In this document: one piece after another, positions 26,301 through 40,600 of the stretch
Layout of the letters: each line of letters begins with the position of its first letter
How positions within the stretch are numbered: position 1 is the first letter of the stretch
Origin: Octopus vulgaris
Lineage: Eukaryota
Direction: 5' to 3'
Assembly: GCA_951406725.2 (NCBI GenBank)
Contig: OX597838.1
Location: 32,736,001 to 32,800,000 of the forward strand
Length of the DNA: 64,000 bases
Notes under the pieces: generated by a model
Database searches by the model: none
What the model was told of the DNA's origin: nothing
Seen by the model: only the letters and a program-made list of their open reading frames with translations
Translations under genes and position numbers: made by a program

Positions 26301-29300
26301 CATGCTGGAGCACCGCCTTTAGTTGAGCAAATCGACCCCGGGACTTATTCTTTGTAAGCCCAGTACTTATTCTATCGGTCTCTTTTGCCGAACCGCTAAG
26401 TTACGGGGACGTAAACACACCAGCATCGGTTGTCAAGCGATGCTAGGGAGACAAACACAGACATATATATATATATATATACATATATACGACAGGCTTC
26501 TTTCAGTTTCCGTCTACCAAATCCACTCACAAGGCTTTGGTCCGCCCGAGGCTATAGCAGAAGACACTTGCCCAAGATGCCACGCGGGACTGAACCCGGA
26601 ACCATGTGGTTGGTTACCAAGCTACTTACCACACAGCCACTCCTGCACCTACAACATTTTAAACTTATTTCATCATCATCATCATCATCATCATTTAGCG
26701 TCCGTTTTCCATGCTAGCATGGTTGGACGGTTCAACTGGGGTCTGGGGAGCCCGAAGGCTGCACCAGGCCAGTCAGATCTGGCAGTGTTTCTACAGCTGG
26801 ATGCCCTTCCTAACGCCAACCACTCCGAGAGTGTAGTGGGTGATTTTATGTGCCACCGACACAGGTGCCAGTCGAGGCTGGCGAACGGCCACGCTCGGAT
26901 GGTGTTTTTATGTGCCACCGACACAGGTGCCAGTCGAGGCTGGCGAACGGCCACGCTCGGATGGTGTTTTTATGTGCCACCGACACAGGTGCCAGATGAG
27001 GCTGGCGGACGGCCACGATCGGATGGTGTTTGTTACGTCCCCAAAGCACGGAGGCCAGTCTATGCGGTACTGGCTACGGCCACGTTCGGATGATTTTCTT
27101 GTGTGCCACCGGCGCTGGTTTTCCACAAAGATACAAATTCCATTGATGTTCATCTATTTTGATTTGATTTTCACTTGCCTCAACAGGTCTTCACAATTGT
27201 CACAAGAAGGAAGGTATGCACAGGTGGACTGACAACGTCCCAGGCAGAGGCCACGGGTTATGGCCTGACTAGTCTTGCCGGGTCTTCGGATGGTGTTTTT
27301 ATGTGCCACCGACACAGGTGCCAGATGAGGCTGGCAAACGTCCACGATCGGATGGTGTTTGTTGCGTGCCCACAGCACGGAGGCCAGTCGATGCGGCACT
27401 GGCCACGGCCACGTTCGGATGGTTTTCCTGTGTGCCACCGGCCCTGGTACCACAAAGACACAAATTCCATTGATGTTCATCTATTTTGACTTGATTTGAT
27501 TTGATTTTCACTTGCCTCAACAGGTCTTCACAAGTGTCACAAGAAGGAAGGAAGGTATGCACAGGTGGACTGACTACGTCCCAAGTAGGGGCCACGGGTT
27601 ATGGCCTGACTAGTCTTGCCGGGTCTTCGGTTGGTGTTTTTATGTGCCACCGACACAGGTGCCAGATGAGGCTGGCGGACGGCCACGATCGGATGGTGTT
27701 TGTTATGTGCCCACATCACAGCATTTTTAAAAATTATTAAAACTTAAAACTTACCGAATGATAAATACCATATATTCTCTTGGAACTTCCCGGTTGAGAA
27801 AGAATTTGAGTCCTTTAAACAGATTTTGAAATCGAAGGAGATTCTTGTATTCCATTTTGGCCATTTCTACTTCGTCTGGATTTTCAGGCTGAAGTTAAAC
27901 AAAATTAATAAATTAAAATGACAAAATGGGACGTGTGGGTCTTAAGAACGGTAACTCATAGACCGAGTTGACACAGTCTTGGATTTGCTGTTTAAAACAA
28001 GCACTCCAAACTTAAATAGACACAGTTTATTAAATGCATATTCATCAGGCGTGGCTGAGTGGTAAGAAGCTTGCTTCGCAACTACATGGTTCCAGGTTCA
28101 GCATGGCAACGGTCTAATGACTAAAACAAGCAAAAGAATAAAAGAATTTATATGTGTGTGTGTATCATCATCATCATCATTTAATGTCTCTTTTCCACAC
28201 TGGCATGGGTTGGACGATTTGACAAGAACTGCCAAGGCCAGGGGGCCGCACAGATTCCAAAGTCTGTTTCTACAACTGGATGTCCTTCCTAATGCCAACC
28301 ACTTTAGTGTTCTGGATGCTCTTCACTTGGCACCAGCAGCAGTGAGGGCACTAAGTACTCACAAGACCACCCACCTCAATTGGCTGGGGTACAGTACCAA
28401 GGGATAAGAAAGTATGATAGGACAGGAGCAGGTAACTACATAGATGAGAGAGAGAGAAATCAAAGTACAAGGTGTGTATACATGTGTATTCCAACGTTAA
28501 ATACTGAACAACACCATCATCATCATCGTTTAACGTCCACTTTCCATGCTGGCATGGGTTGGACGGTTTGACCGAGGGCTGGCAAGTCAGTGGGCTGCAC
28601 CAGACTCCAATTTGATCTGGCAAGGTTTCAACAGCTGGATGCTCTTCCCAACACCAACCACTCTGAGAGTGTAGTGGATGCTTTTTACGCGCCACCAGCA
28701 CAGGAGCCAGTCGGGGGCACTGGAATCGACCACGTTCAGATGGTGCTTTTTACAAACCACTGGCGTGTGTCCCAGTCAGAGGGCACTGGAATCGACCATG
28801 TTCAGATGGTGCTTTTTACATACCACTGGCAGGGGGCCCAGTCAGAGGGCACAGGAATCGACCATGTTCAGATGGTGCTTTTTACATACCACTGGCACAG
28901 GTGCCAGTCAGAGGGCACTGGAATCGACCATGTTCAGATGGTGCTTTTTACATGCCACTGGCAGGGGGCCCAGTCAGAGGGCACTGAAATCGACCACATT
29001 CAGATGGTGCTTTTTGCGTGCCACTGGTGCGGGTGCCAGTCAGAGGGCACTGGTATGACGGTGGACAGTAATTAAAAGTCACTTACATTGACAACTGGAA
29101 ACTCGTCAATTTCTTCTTCAACATTGTCACCATGTTTCTTCAGCTGTTGAGTCATAGCTGCCAGTTGCTGGAAAGAAATGGCAAAAGAAAGAGATAAAAA
29201 AATAATAAAATCTTATGGTAGGCAGAGATGTGTGGATAGGAAATTCATTTTGGAATCCACCTTATCCCAAGTTCAATCCCACTGCGTGTGTGTGTGTGTG

Positions 29301-32300
29301 TGTTTGTGCTTAACCCTTTCATTACCATATTTCTGTTGAAATAAGGTGATTTTGTTTCAATTAATTTTGTGGTAAGCAGCAGCTTCCCAACTACATGGTT
29401 CCAGGTTCAGTCCCACAGTGTGGCACCTTGGGCAAGTGTCTTCTATGGCCTTGCGAGTGGATTGGGTAGACAGAAACCGAAATAGGGGGCTAAAGAAATA
29501 CAGCCATCACTGTTGTGCTCAATTATCTCCTGTTATCTAGTACCGTAAATCCTCAGGTATAATCCACATTATTTTCTCCAAAATCCTAGTGTGTACTATA
29601 TACGAGGTTAAAAATGAAAAATATTTTCTAAGCAATGTCCGAATTTCTATTTGCTGTCCAGCAATGTTTATTCAAATGCATTTAGTGATGTCAGGTGCAA
29701 AAATACCTTAAGCTAAGCCTGAAAGCAATGAAGTCATAAAAGAATCATCCATAACTTGCAGTAAGCAACATTTATTAAAATAAAAGTATTCAGAACACAG
29801 AATAACATGTAACCAAAACAATTTGCAAACATATTTACATTCCCATATAACAGTTAAGAACATCACCATTATTGTATTACACATGCGCAGAAGTGTTTGT
29901 TCGACTAAGTGCTGCTGGCTTAATAACGCACGACTCAAGTTAGAGAAGGGGTGCAGATTATACACAAGGTTTAGGTTTTTCAGAGGTACAGCCCCCTAAA
30001 AATCCCCTGCGTATTATACTCAAGGGCGGACTATACTCGAGGATTTACGGTAGTTTCACAAACTGAAACCAATAAAACAGGAACTGCAGGGTCAACATTA
30101 TCAACATGAACTCTTGGCTGTTGGTGGCACTCTACCATGGTTGTAGTCCATCGAGACCAGATAAAAAAAATTTTTTAAATGTGGAGGCAGGTGGTGAATG
30201 AAGGTAATTGTAACTTACTTCTTCATAAATGTCACTTTCTTCGCTGTCATCGATGACTGGTTGTTTGCTGGTGTTTCCAATGTTAAACTGCAAATATAAA
30301 GAAAGAGAGAGAGTGTGTATATACATTTGTGTCCATTAACCCTTTCGTTACCGTATTTCTGTTGAGATGCTCTCTGTTTCTCTCAATTATTTTAGATATA
30401 ACAAAGAATTTAGTAAAATAACTTAGTTATCATTAAGCTAGTATTAGGAACATAAATTGTGACTAAGGTTCTGTGGAAGATTTTAATTCAAAACTTATGA
30501 AAACAAGACATTTGTACTACAGAGCCAGTTTCAGCTGGGTTGATAACGAAAGGGTGAAGAATTGTTTCTCTATTATATATTTTAACCCTTTCATTACTGT
30601 ATTTCTGTTGAGATGCACGGTGTTTCTTGCAATTACTTTTAAATATAACAAAGAATTTAGTAAAATAACTTAGTTATCATTCAGCTAGTGTTAGGAACAT
30701 AAATTGTGACTAAGGTTTGGTGGAAGATTTTAATACAGAACTTTTGAAAACAAGACATTTGTACTCAGAGCCAGAGCTGGCTTCAGCTGGGTTGGTAACG
30801 AAAGGCTGATGTATGTTTACGTTTGGTTTCGTGTACTTTATCTCTTTAGGTGCGCACACTCACCGTCCCATGCATTATCTTAGCCATTTTAGGTTACGTT
30901 CAAGTCATGAGACTAGCAGTAGACCAATGGCATGTGGATACTTTACATGCATATAATACCGTGTTTTGAGTTGTACCACACGCAAGCTATTTTCTGAACT
31001 TGAGCAGAATAACTTGTGCATATCATATTATGATAAATAGCTTCACATAGTTCGTTTTCATAAACCGGTAGACATAAATGTATGACACTGTATTATTGCA
31101 ACGGTGAAGGAAACAGACGCAAGCTCGTTGGCACTTGTGTGGCCTCATTAGATAAAAAAAACCGGAGCAGTGTCTCGCATGCTTCTGGTAATACCGGCGT
31201 CAAGGGGTTAAGGGTCCATGGAAAATTCTGCCTTACGTGCATTTATTGCAAGAAAGAGCAAAATTAATTTCTCTGTTTTACAAAGTTCATCCTACACGAG
31301 TGAATGTTCTCCCCAACACTAACCCTCTTTTACTTGTTTCAGTCATGTGGCTGTGGCCAAGCTGGAGCACTGCCTTTAGTTGAGCAAATCGACCCCAGGA
31401 CTTGTTCTTTGTAAGCCCAATGCGACAAATAAAATAGGAATTTTGAAAGGGTCTATAAAACTAGTTTCCAAACATCGAACGGCTATGGGGGTCCACCAGA
31501 ATTAAATAGGAATCAGAAGGGTCGATAGATGGAAAAAAAAAAAAAAAAAAAAGGTTGAGAACCAAACCAAGGTGTTAAATCAAATATTCTGGCCTTACCT
31601 GTGGAGGATAATACAAGTTGACAGAATTGTAGAGACGATAATTTGTGAATCCCATCAGGGTTGTGTAAAACTCAACGAATGTTTCCATGATTTTATAATC
31701 AACATCTGTCGCATACTGTGCAATGAAGGAAAAAACAACACTAATTAACATAAGACACGGTAATTACCAAAAATTTGGTGGTTATAATAGAATAAGTCTA
31801 TAAAGCAGTATCGTTTATGTTCTACTTGTTTCAGCCATTAGACTGCGGCCATGCTGGGGCACTTCTCTGAAGGGTTTTAGTCAGACAAATCAACTCCAGT
31901 AGGTCTTGCTTTTTAAAGCCTGGTACTTATTTTATTGGTCTCTTTTTGCAGAACCACTAAGTTATGGGGATGTAAACAAACCAACACTGGTTACCAAGTG
32001 GTGGTGGTGGTGGAGGAGTACAAACAGAAAGGCACACACATGGAGATATACATACATACGCACACATATATATATATATATTATGGGCTTCTTTCAGTTT
32101 CCATCTACTGAAACTATTCGTGAGGTTTTCATTGGTCCAAGGTTATAACAGATCACACTTGCCCAGCATGCCACACAGTGGAACTGAACCCAGAACCATA
32201 TGGTTGGGAAGCAAGCTTCTTATCACACAGCCATACCTGTGCCTTTAATTTTTTTTTCTGCATTGGCCCAAGATGATTTCAAAAAGCCAAATTGATAAAC

Positions 32301-33893
32301 AATTGAAAATGCTCTTGCCAGTGAAGATCCCTCATTTACAGAAGGCGTGTGTATGCGTATCCCTACTACTGTCCCTTATCACTTCGTCCTTCCTGATCCA
32401 CCCCTATTTCCTTCTGTTCACTTCCCCCCCTCCAAACTGATATTCGCTGCATCCAATTCAATTCCCATCTCTAATCGTCCATCACACTATTTTCACTCTA
32501 GCACACTTACTTATCCACCCTGCACATCTGTTCTTCTGTCCTCTCTCTCTCTCTCTCATTTTCACTTTGTACCTTGACCTCACCCCACCTCACTTCTCTC
32601 TCTCTTTCCAGATGTGCAGGTCACGTATTCACCTCTTCAGCAAGACACCATACCTTCAAACCCCACAGTTAAGGTGAGACAGTGTCACGTGACAACTTGC
32701 TGGGGGCTGCCTGCTGGAGCCTATGCGGCAGGTATTTAAAGGGAAAAATTTGACAAGACAGTCAGTCACCGGCTGACACTCGCTGACGATACATCGAAGA
32801 GGCCAGGGAAGAGAAGAAAGAAGACATGCACCCAACACCAGAGATGAAGACACATCTCCGAAAGGGGGGGCCCCGCCACGTCAAAACGGTAGAGGAGTAG
32901 GGGCCGAAACCGGACGTGGTTCCTCCTGATGATGTCTTGAGCTAACTGGATCCTATAAAGGAGCTGTTGTGGTAGCAGACCACGAAACACGGTTGTAATT
33001 CCTTCCTTATCCCAGCCAGTTGAGGGAATCTTGCCAGGTGCATATTTGGTGATTTCACCAGTGCCAGCACCACAAAAAAAGCACCCAGTACACTCTGTGA
33101 AGAGGTTGGCATTAGGAAGGGAATCCAGCTGTAGAAACCATGAAAGGTGATACTGAAGTGGTTAAATATGATCATTTTAATAGGAGCAGGTTCGAGTGGG
33201 GTTTTAACATGAGACCAAGGGCTGTGTCACAGAGATTGTAATATGAGATTAGGGATAATCCTGTAATGTGACCCTTGTGTGGGTTCTTGTTAAAACAGAG
33301 AGAAATACTTACATTGTGAGCAACGGCATGAGGGATCACCCAGTTGACTTTAGTTCCTTGAATGTCAGCCTGGAAGTAAATACCTTTGATGGAGATAAAC
33401 ACCTGAAAAATAAAACATTAAACACAAATTACCAACAAAATTGTTAACACGTGAAGGTGTATGGCTTAATGGGGGCGGAGAAACTAGGGTTTGCAAGAGT
33501 GTGAAGACGGTAAGAGATAGGGGAAATGTGAGGGGAAAGCAGGCAACACTCAAAGGATTGTGTAGGGCTGAAGGGTTGATGCAAGGCTGGGGATTGCCAA
33601 AGGTGTCAGAAATAGAGAGCAAGAGGGATGGTTACCAAACCAAATAATTATAATGAAATTAACTGCGTACTGACCTTTCTCAAAGATTTCGAAGCTATTA
33701 TGTAATGCATAAACTCCACTGCAATGGAAAAAAAAAAAAAAGAAATTAAGGAAGAAAGAAAAAAAAACTTTATAGTTTTAATATTGAACCTGTTGAGGTA
33801 GAATATTTAATGAATTCTTCAAGAGTTGTGGGACAGAATCATGATTCACCAGAAGGAAATCTTTTTTTTTAATTCTCACATATCCCTGAAACA

Positions 33894-33934
<41 letters not shown>

Positions 33935-34580
33935 GTCTGGCCCCGTGTCGGTGGCACGTAAAAGCACCATCCGTTTGTGTCCGTTGCCAGCATCGCCTGG
34001 CCCCGTGCCGGTGACACGTAAAAGCACCATCCGTTCGTGGCCGTTCGCCAGCTCTGTCTGGCACCTGTGCAGGTGGCACGTAAAAAACACCCACTACACT
34101 CGCAGAGTGGTTGGCGTTAGGAAGGGCATCCAGCCGTAGAAACACTGCCAGATCTGACTGGGCCTGACGAAGCCTTCCAGCTTCACAGACCCCAGTTGAC
34201 CCGTCCAACCCATGCTAGCATGGAAAGCGGACGCTAAACGATGATGATGATGATGATGATATATATTATATTAAATTAGAGATAAAACCACTATTAGGCA
34301 AATCAAACAGTGAAAAACATAAGCCAATACATAGAAATAAAATTAATTAAAAAAATATAAAATATAAAATTCCAAATTAAAATATTTAAATTAAAGTTAA
34401 AATTTTAAAAATTATTTAAATAATTTAAACTTATAAATTTTAAATATATATATATATTTATTATTATTATTTTATTTTATCGTTTTATTTTTTTAAATTA
34501 TATAACTATCAAAAAGTATTAAAAGTTTAATATAAAATAAAGAGTAAAAACACTTAAAAGTTTAATATAAGATAAAATAT

Positions 34581-34644
<64 letters not shown>

Positions 34645-37600
34645 AGTGTTTATGAAAAAAACAAAAGATGAAGACAGGTGGTGTACAAACAAACAGATGT
34701 ATTAGCATAACGCTCAGGAATAGAAAAAGTCTTTTACATTTCGAGCCTACGCTCTGCTACAGAAAGGGACACAGAAAAAACAAGGAGAGAAACATATATA
34801 TGTATATATGTGTGTGTGTGTATATAAATATATACACACACAGACATGTATATACATACACAAATATACTTATATATACATATGTATAGACAAACATACA
34901 CACACACATATATACATACAAATACACAATACAGGTAACTTCTGCCATTGTATAGACTGGATCCAAGCCAATAAATCACAAGTCAATTTCACAGTACTCC
35001 CACTGCGTACACCATGAAGTAGACAGACTACCATCATCCTTTTGTTACCATATTTCTGTTCAAGCACACTGCCTTTGTTCTAATTAATTTTGTAATTAAT
35101 GAAGAATTTAGCATATTTGTTATTATTAGATTGGTGTTGGGAACATATACCAACATGGAATATTGATGGAAGGTTTTCATTTGGATCCCTTTTTAAAAAC
35201 AGAAAGTTTGCATCAGAGAATCAGGGATGATCTCAGGTGGATTGGTATCGAAAGGGTCAAACTATTGGAATTTAAACCAGCCGAACCCAGCCCAAGTATT
35301 CTACCTGTTTTATATTTGTATCAGCCAGATCCAGCTTCCCACACCTACCCTACAATGTCATTCTAAAAATAAACATTCACATCATTGAAATTTCAAAGTT
35401 ATAAGACAATGCATGATTAATTCAAAACTGGCACTTGTGCCAGTGACACGTGAACAAAACATTCAAGCGAGATCGTTGCCAATGCCGCCGGACTGACACC
35501 TGTGCAGGTGGCATGTAAAAAAACACCATTTCGAACATGGCCGTTGCCAGTACTGCCAGACTGGCCCTTGTACCAGAGGCACGTAAAAGCACCCACTACA
35601 CTCTTCGAGTGGTTGGCATCCAGCTGTAGAAACTCTGCCAGATCAGATTGGAGCCTGGCGCAGCCATCTGGTTCGCCAGTCCCCAATCAAATCATCCAAC
35701 CCATGCCAGCATGGAAAGCGGACGTTAAACGATGATGATGATGATGAATATGAATAAATAAGCATTGCATTTGACAGGGTAATCTAAATGCTAAAAGGTC
35801 GATCTCATTATGGCGAGGAGCTGGCAGAACCGTTAGCACGCCGGGCGAAATGCGTAGCCGTATTTCGTCTGTCGTTACGTTCTGAGTTCAAATTCCGCTG
35901 AGGTCGACTTTGCCTTTCATCCTTTCAGGGGCGATAAATTAAGTACCAGTTACGCACTGGGGTCGATGTAGTTGACTTAATCCGTTTATCTGTCCTTGTT
36001 TGTCCTCTCTGTGTTTAGCCCCTTGTGGGTAGTAAAGAAATAGGAATTTTGTCTGTCTATACGTTCTGCGTTCAAATTCTGCCAGGTTCATCTTTGCCTT
36101 TCATCCTTTTGGGGGGTTCGATAAAATAAATACCAGTTGAGTACTGGTGTCAATGTAATCAACTAGCCACCCCTCCCCCAAATTTCAGGTCTTGTGCCTA
36201 TCGTAGAAAGGATTATTTGTAATTATACAATACTTGTACAATGTTGTGATACAACAAAAATCACAGCCCCATCCACACCCCACCGAAATCCACTTTTTGT
36301 CTCTCCTTACCTGTAAGGAAAGACATGATTAATTTAAAATCTTACCTGTAAGCCGGCGACAGAGCCGGATGCGATGAATCTTGACTCGCTGCATTTTTGG
36401 AAACGTTGCAAAGAGAAACAACAATGACAGGCAGTCGTCCAAATCACAAATGGCATCAGCAAATGTCGGGTACCTGGGAAAAAAGGAAACACACTGATTA
36501 GTCATCACACACACACGTAGTGTATTCTCAGGCGTACAAACTACAAGAGAATATAGTGTACACATTCAAACATCATCATTATCTTTCCAAATCCTGCTGT
36601 TTTTCACATGGAATTCTTGGTCCTCCAGAGTTGTCTTTTTGTGTAAGCTGACTTATCTGTCTTTGGCTGTAAATTTTGGTCCGAAAAATTCAACTTGTAT
36701 GCCAGAAAATATGGTACAAATTCTTCCACACACACATTGTCTCAAACTCTAACACACTGTATTTTCCAAAATACGAGTCAATGTAATATATAGTGTAAAC
36801 ATTCAAACATCGTCATTATCTTGGTAAGCTCGCCAACAGGCGCAGGAGTGGCTATGTGGTAAGTAGCTTGCTTACCAACCACATGGGTCCAGGTTCAGTC
36901 CCATTGCATGGCACCATGCGCAAGTGTCTTCTACTATGCCCTTCCTAAATGCCAACCACTCCGAGAGTGTAGTGGATGCTTTTTACGTGCCACTCGGTTC
37001 AGCGGCACGGGCAATGACCTCGCTCAAATGTTTTTTCACGTGCCACCAGCACAAGTGCTAGTATAGCAACGCAGGTAACGATCATGCTCGAATGCTGTTT
37101 TTAACATGCCATCGGCTCGGAGGCCAACTTATTGCTCTGGCCCCGATCTCACTCGTATGGTACTCTTAGTCCTCCACTAGCACAGATGCCAGTCATCGAA
37201 TTTGATTTCGATTTCACTTGCCTCGACAAGTCTTCGCAAGCAGAATTTAGTGTCCATTGAAGGAAAGGCACGCATAAGTGGACTGGTTACGTGGATCAAT
37301 AAGCATTACATTTAAATGATCAATCTGAATGCTAAAGGGTTAAATACAGTGCTTCTAAGACCTTACCGTTCTCTCACTACATGATCCAGTTTGTAAGTTG
37401 GTCTGCTGTACGTCATCCTCTTGGCGGCGCCTTTCACACGTTTTTCTTTGACTCTCTTCAACCGCCGCATATAATGCTGTGCAAGACAAGAATTAGGAGA
37501 AAATTAGCAAGGACATTTAACGAGTAATTAACAAATAAAAATGCAACACAACGGGCGCTCTGCTTATGATGATGAGGGTTCCAGTTGACCTGATCAACAG

Positions 37601-40600
37601 AACCACCTGCTCGTGAAATTAACATGCAAGCGGCTGAGTAATCCACAGACACTCATACTCTTGACATAGATCTCTGAGAGATTCAGCATGACAAAGAATG
37701 TGACGAGGCCGGACCCATTAGAATTACTGGTACAATTCATTTTTGCCAGCTCAGTGGTCTGGAGCAATGTAAAATAAAGTGTCTTGCTCAAGGATGCAAC
37801 CCACAGCCAGAGATTGAACTCGCGACCTAACAATCGTGAACCCATTACCCTAACCACTAAGCCCCACAACACAGTCATTTCTCATATACAATAATCACAA
37901 CGTGAGTGTAGTGTTTACTGAAGCATGTTGCATGGTAAGAAGTCGGCTTCCCAACTGCACGATTCAGAGTTCAGTCCCACTATAGCCTTGAGTTCAGAGT
38001 TCAGTCTATAGCCTCTTATTGATATATAGTGGATTCAGTAGATGGAAACTGAAAGAAGCCCATTATATATATTATAGGTTGGTGTGTAATCCAGTTCTTC
38101 ACACCTATAATGCCATTTTAAGAATAAACAATCACATTTTCAAAATCTTGAAGCTACAAGACACGTGATTAATTTTTTAAAATGTGGATCAATAAATGAT
38201 TAATCTGAAGCCCATTATATATATTATAGGTTGGTGTGTAATTATTGTGGCTTTTTTTCAATAAATTTTATTCAACAAAAACATCTTTAAATGATTATTC
38301 TGGGGCATATTCACCATGAAAATTAAAAGATAAAAGATATAGGCGCAGACGTGCCAGTGTAGTAAGAAGCTTGCTTCCCAACCACATGGTTCCGGGTTCG
38401 GTCCCTCTGCATGGCACCTTGGGCAAGTGATTTTTGACTATAGCCTTGGGCTGACCAAAGCCTTGTGAGTGGATCTCATCATCATCATCGTTTAACGTCC
38501 GCTTTCCAAGCTAGCATGGGTTGGACGATTTTGAGTGAGGGCTGGCGAACCAGACGGTCGCACCAGGCTCCAATCTTGATTTGGCAGAGTTTCTACAGCT
38601 GGATGCCCTTCCTAACGTCAACCACTCCGAGAGCGTAGTGGGTGCCTTTTACATGCCACCGGCACGGGAGCCATTCAGGCAGTATTGGCAACGACTTCGC
38701 TCGAATCTTTTTACACATGCCACCAGCACAGGTGCCAGTAAGGCGAATAGACAGAAACTGAAAGAAGCCCATCATATATATATTTATTTATGTGTGTGTG
38801 TCTTTGTTGTCTGTGTCTGTCCTCCCACCATCATTTCACAACCAATGTTGTTGTGTTTATGTCCCTGTAACTTAGCGGTTCAAAAAAAGAGTGGGACAGA
38901 ATAAGTACCAAGTTTACAAAGAATAAGTCCTGGGGTCGATTTCTTTGACTAAAATCCTTTAAGGCAGCACTCCAGCAAGGCTGCAATCTAATGACTGAAA
39001 CATGTAAAAGAAGTCTACTAAGTCCATGCACAGGGCTTTGGTTGGTCCCGGGACATAGTAGAGAACACTAGCTGAAGGTGCCACTCAATGGGACCGAACC
39101 CAGAACGATTTAGCAAGGAAGCAAACTTCTTACTGTACAGCCATATATACACACACACACACGCTCACAACTGCTCATATGCATTCACATACTCTATCTC
39201 TCTCTCTCTCACACACACACTACCTTGCTCTCTTTTCCCCACACTGATACCTACCTTGAATTCCCTGAACTTTTTGATGATGGGTTCGTGTGAGAGGAAT
39301 GCAATGTCTTTGACATGGTAGTAAGTGTGGATGGCTCTGCTGCCATGACCAACAGCCTTCTTCTTCTTTGGTTCTTGTGGATACACACCTTTCAGGATGC
39401 ATAGACGCCTGTCAAAGAGAGAGAGACAAAAGAAAGTTGAAACAGACAACTGAGGAGACAGTCACACAAACAAGAATTCAAATGTGTGTCTGTGTGTAGA
39501 TATATATATATATATATATATATTTTGCCAGTGCCGCCCCGACTGGCCTCGTGCCGGTGGCACGTAAAAAGCACCCACTACACTCATGGAGTGGTTGGCG
39601 TTAGGAAGGGCATCCAGCCGTAGAAACACTGCCAGATCAGACTGGGCCTGATGCAGCCTTCTGGCTTCCCAGACCCCAGTTGAACCATCCAACCCATGCT
39701 AGCATGGAAAGCGGACGCTAAATGATGATGATGATGATATATAATACAAATAAGAAAATGGAGTAACGAGTTTAGTTTGTTCATCAACTTTCGGATATTA
39801 GAATTTTGGATTATTTATTCCATTGGGACCCCTTTCATCGTAAACCGGTGATTACCGCCCGTTGACAAGAGGTAACTACCTCGAAACTGCGGTCCGTGCA
39901 TATCACTTAGGCTTACGAGAGAGGGATGACCTCCCTTTGCAAATACCATAAGTGCACAGATAGTGTGCCTAAAGCCAGCTGGAGACGATGTTCTCCTGGG
40001 GCTACAAGCTACAGTAACACCCACCCTTAGTGGTTAGCCATATTGAGATGGCAAATATACCTCGGATTATTCATTCAACAAAATGAGAACCTCAATATTA
40101 TCCATATATATCATAAATACTGAATTTGTCATTTTGTTGAATGAATAAATAATCCAAAATTCTAATATCTGAAAGTTGATGAACAAACTGAATTTGTTTC
40201 TCCATTTTCTTATTTGTTTTATAAATTTACGTTAAAAATATTTCTTTACCTTCACCCGTTTAGTACAATAAATGAGTTAATTGCATTGCAATTAAAAACA
40301 TTTATGTATTAAGAATCTGGGTACTTTACCAACAGTATATTGGATAAATGATATCCCATAGTGGGTTACACCCATAACCCCTATCTTACTTTGTATGTAG
40401 GCGCAGGAGTGGCTGTGTGCTAAGTAGCTTGCTTACCAACCACATGGTTCCGGGTTCAGTCCCACTGCGTGATACCTTGGGCAAGTGTCTTCTACTATAG
40501 CCTTGTGAGTGGATTTGGTAGATGGAAACTGAAAGAAGGCCATCGTATATATATGTATATGGGGGGGGGGGGCATGTATGTGTTTGTGTGTTTGTATTTG

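Noticed and set aside
26323-27093. 256-aa plus-strand ORF
   Set aside because: A chimera of two repeat families; no protein motif.
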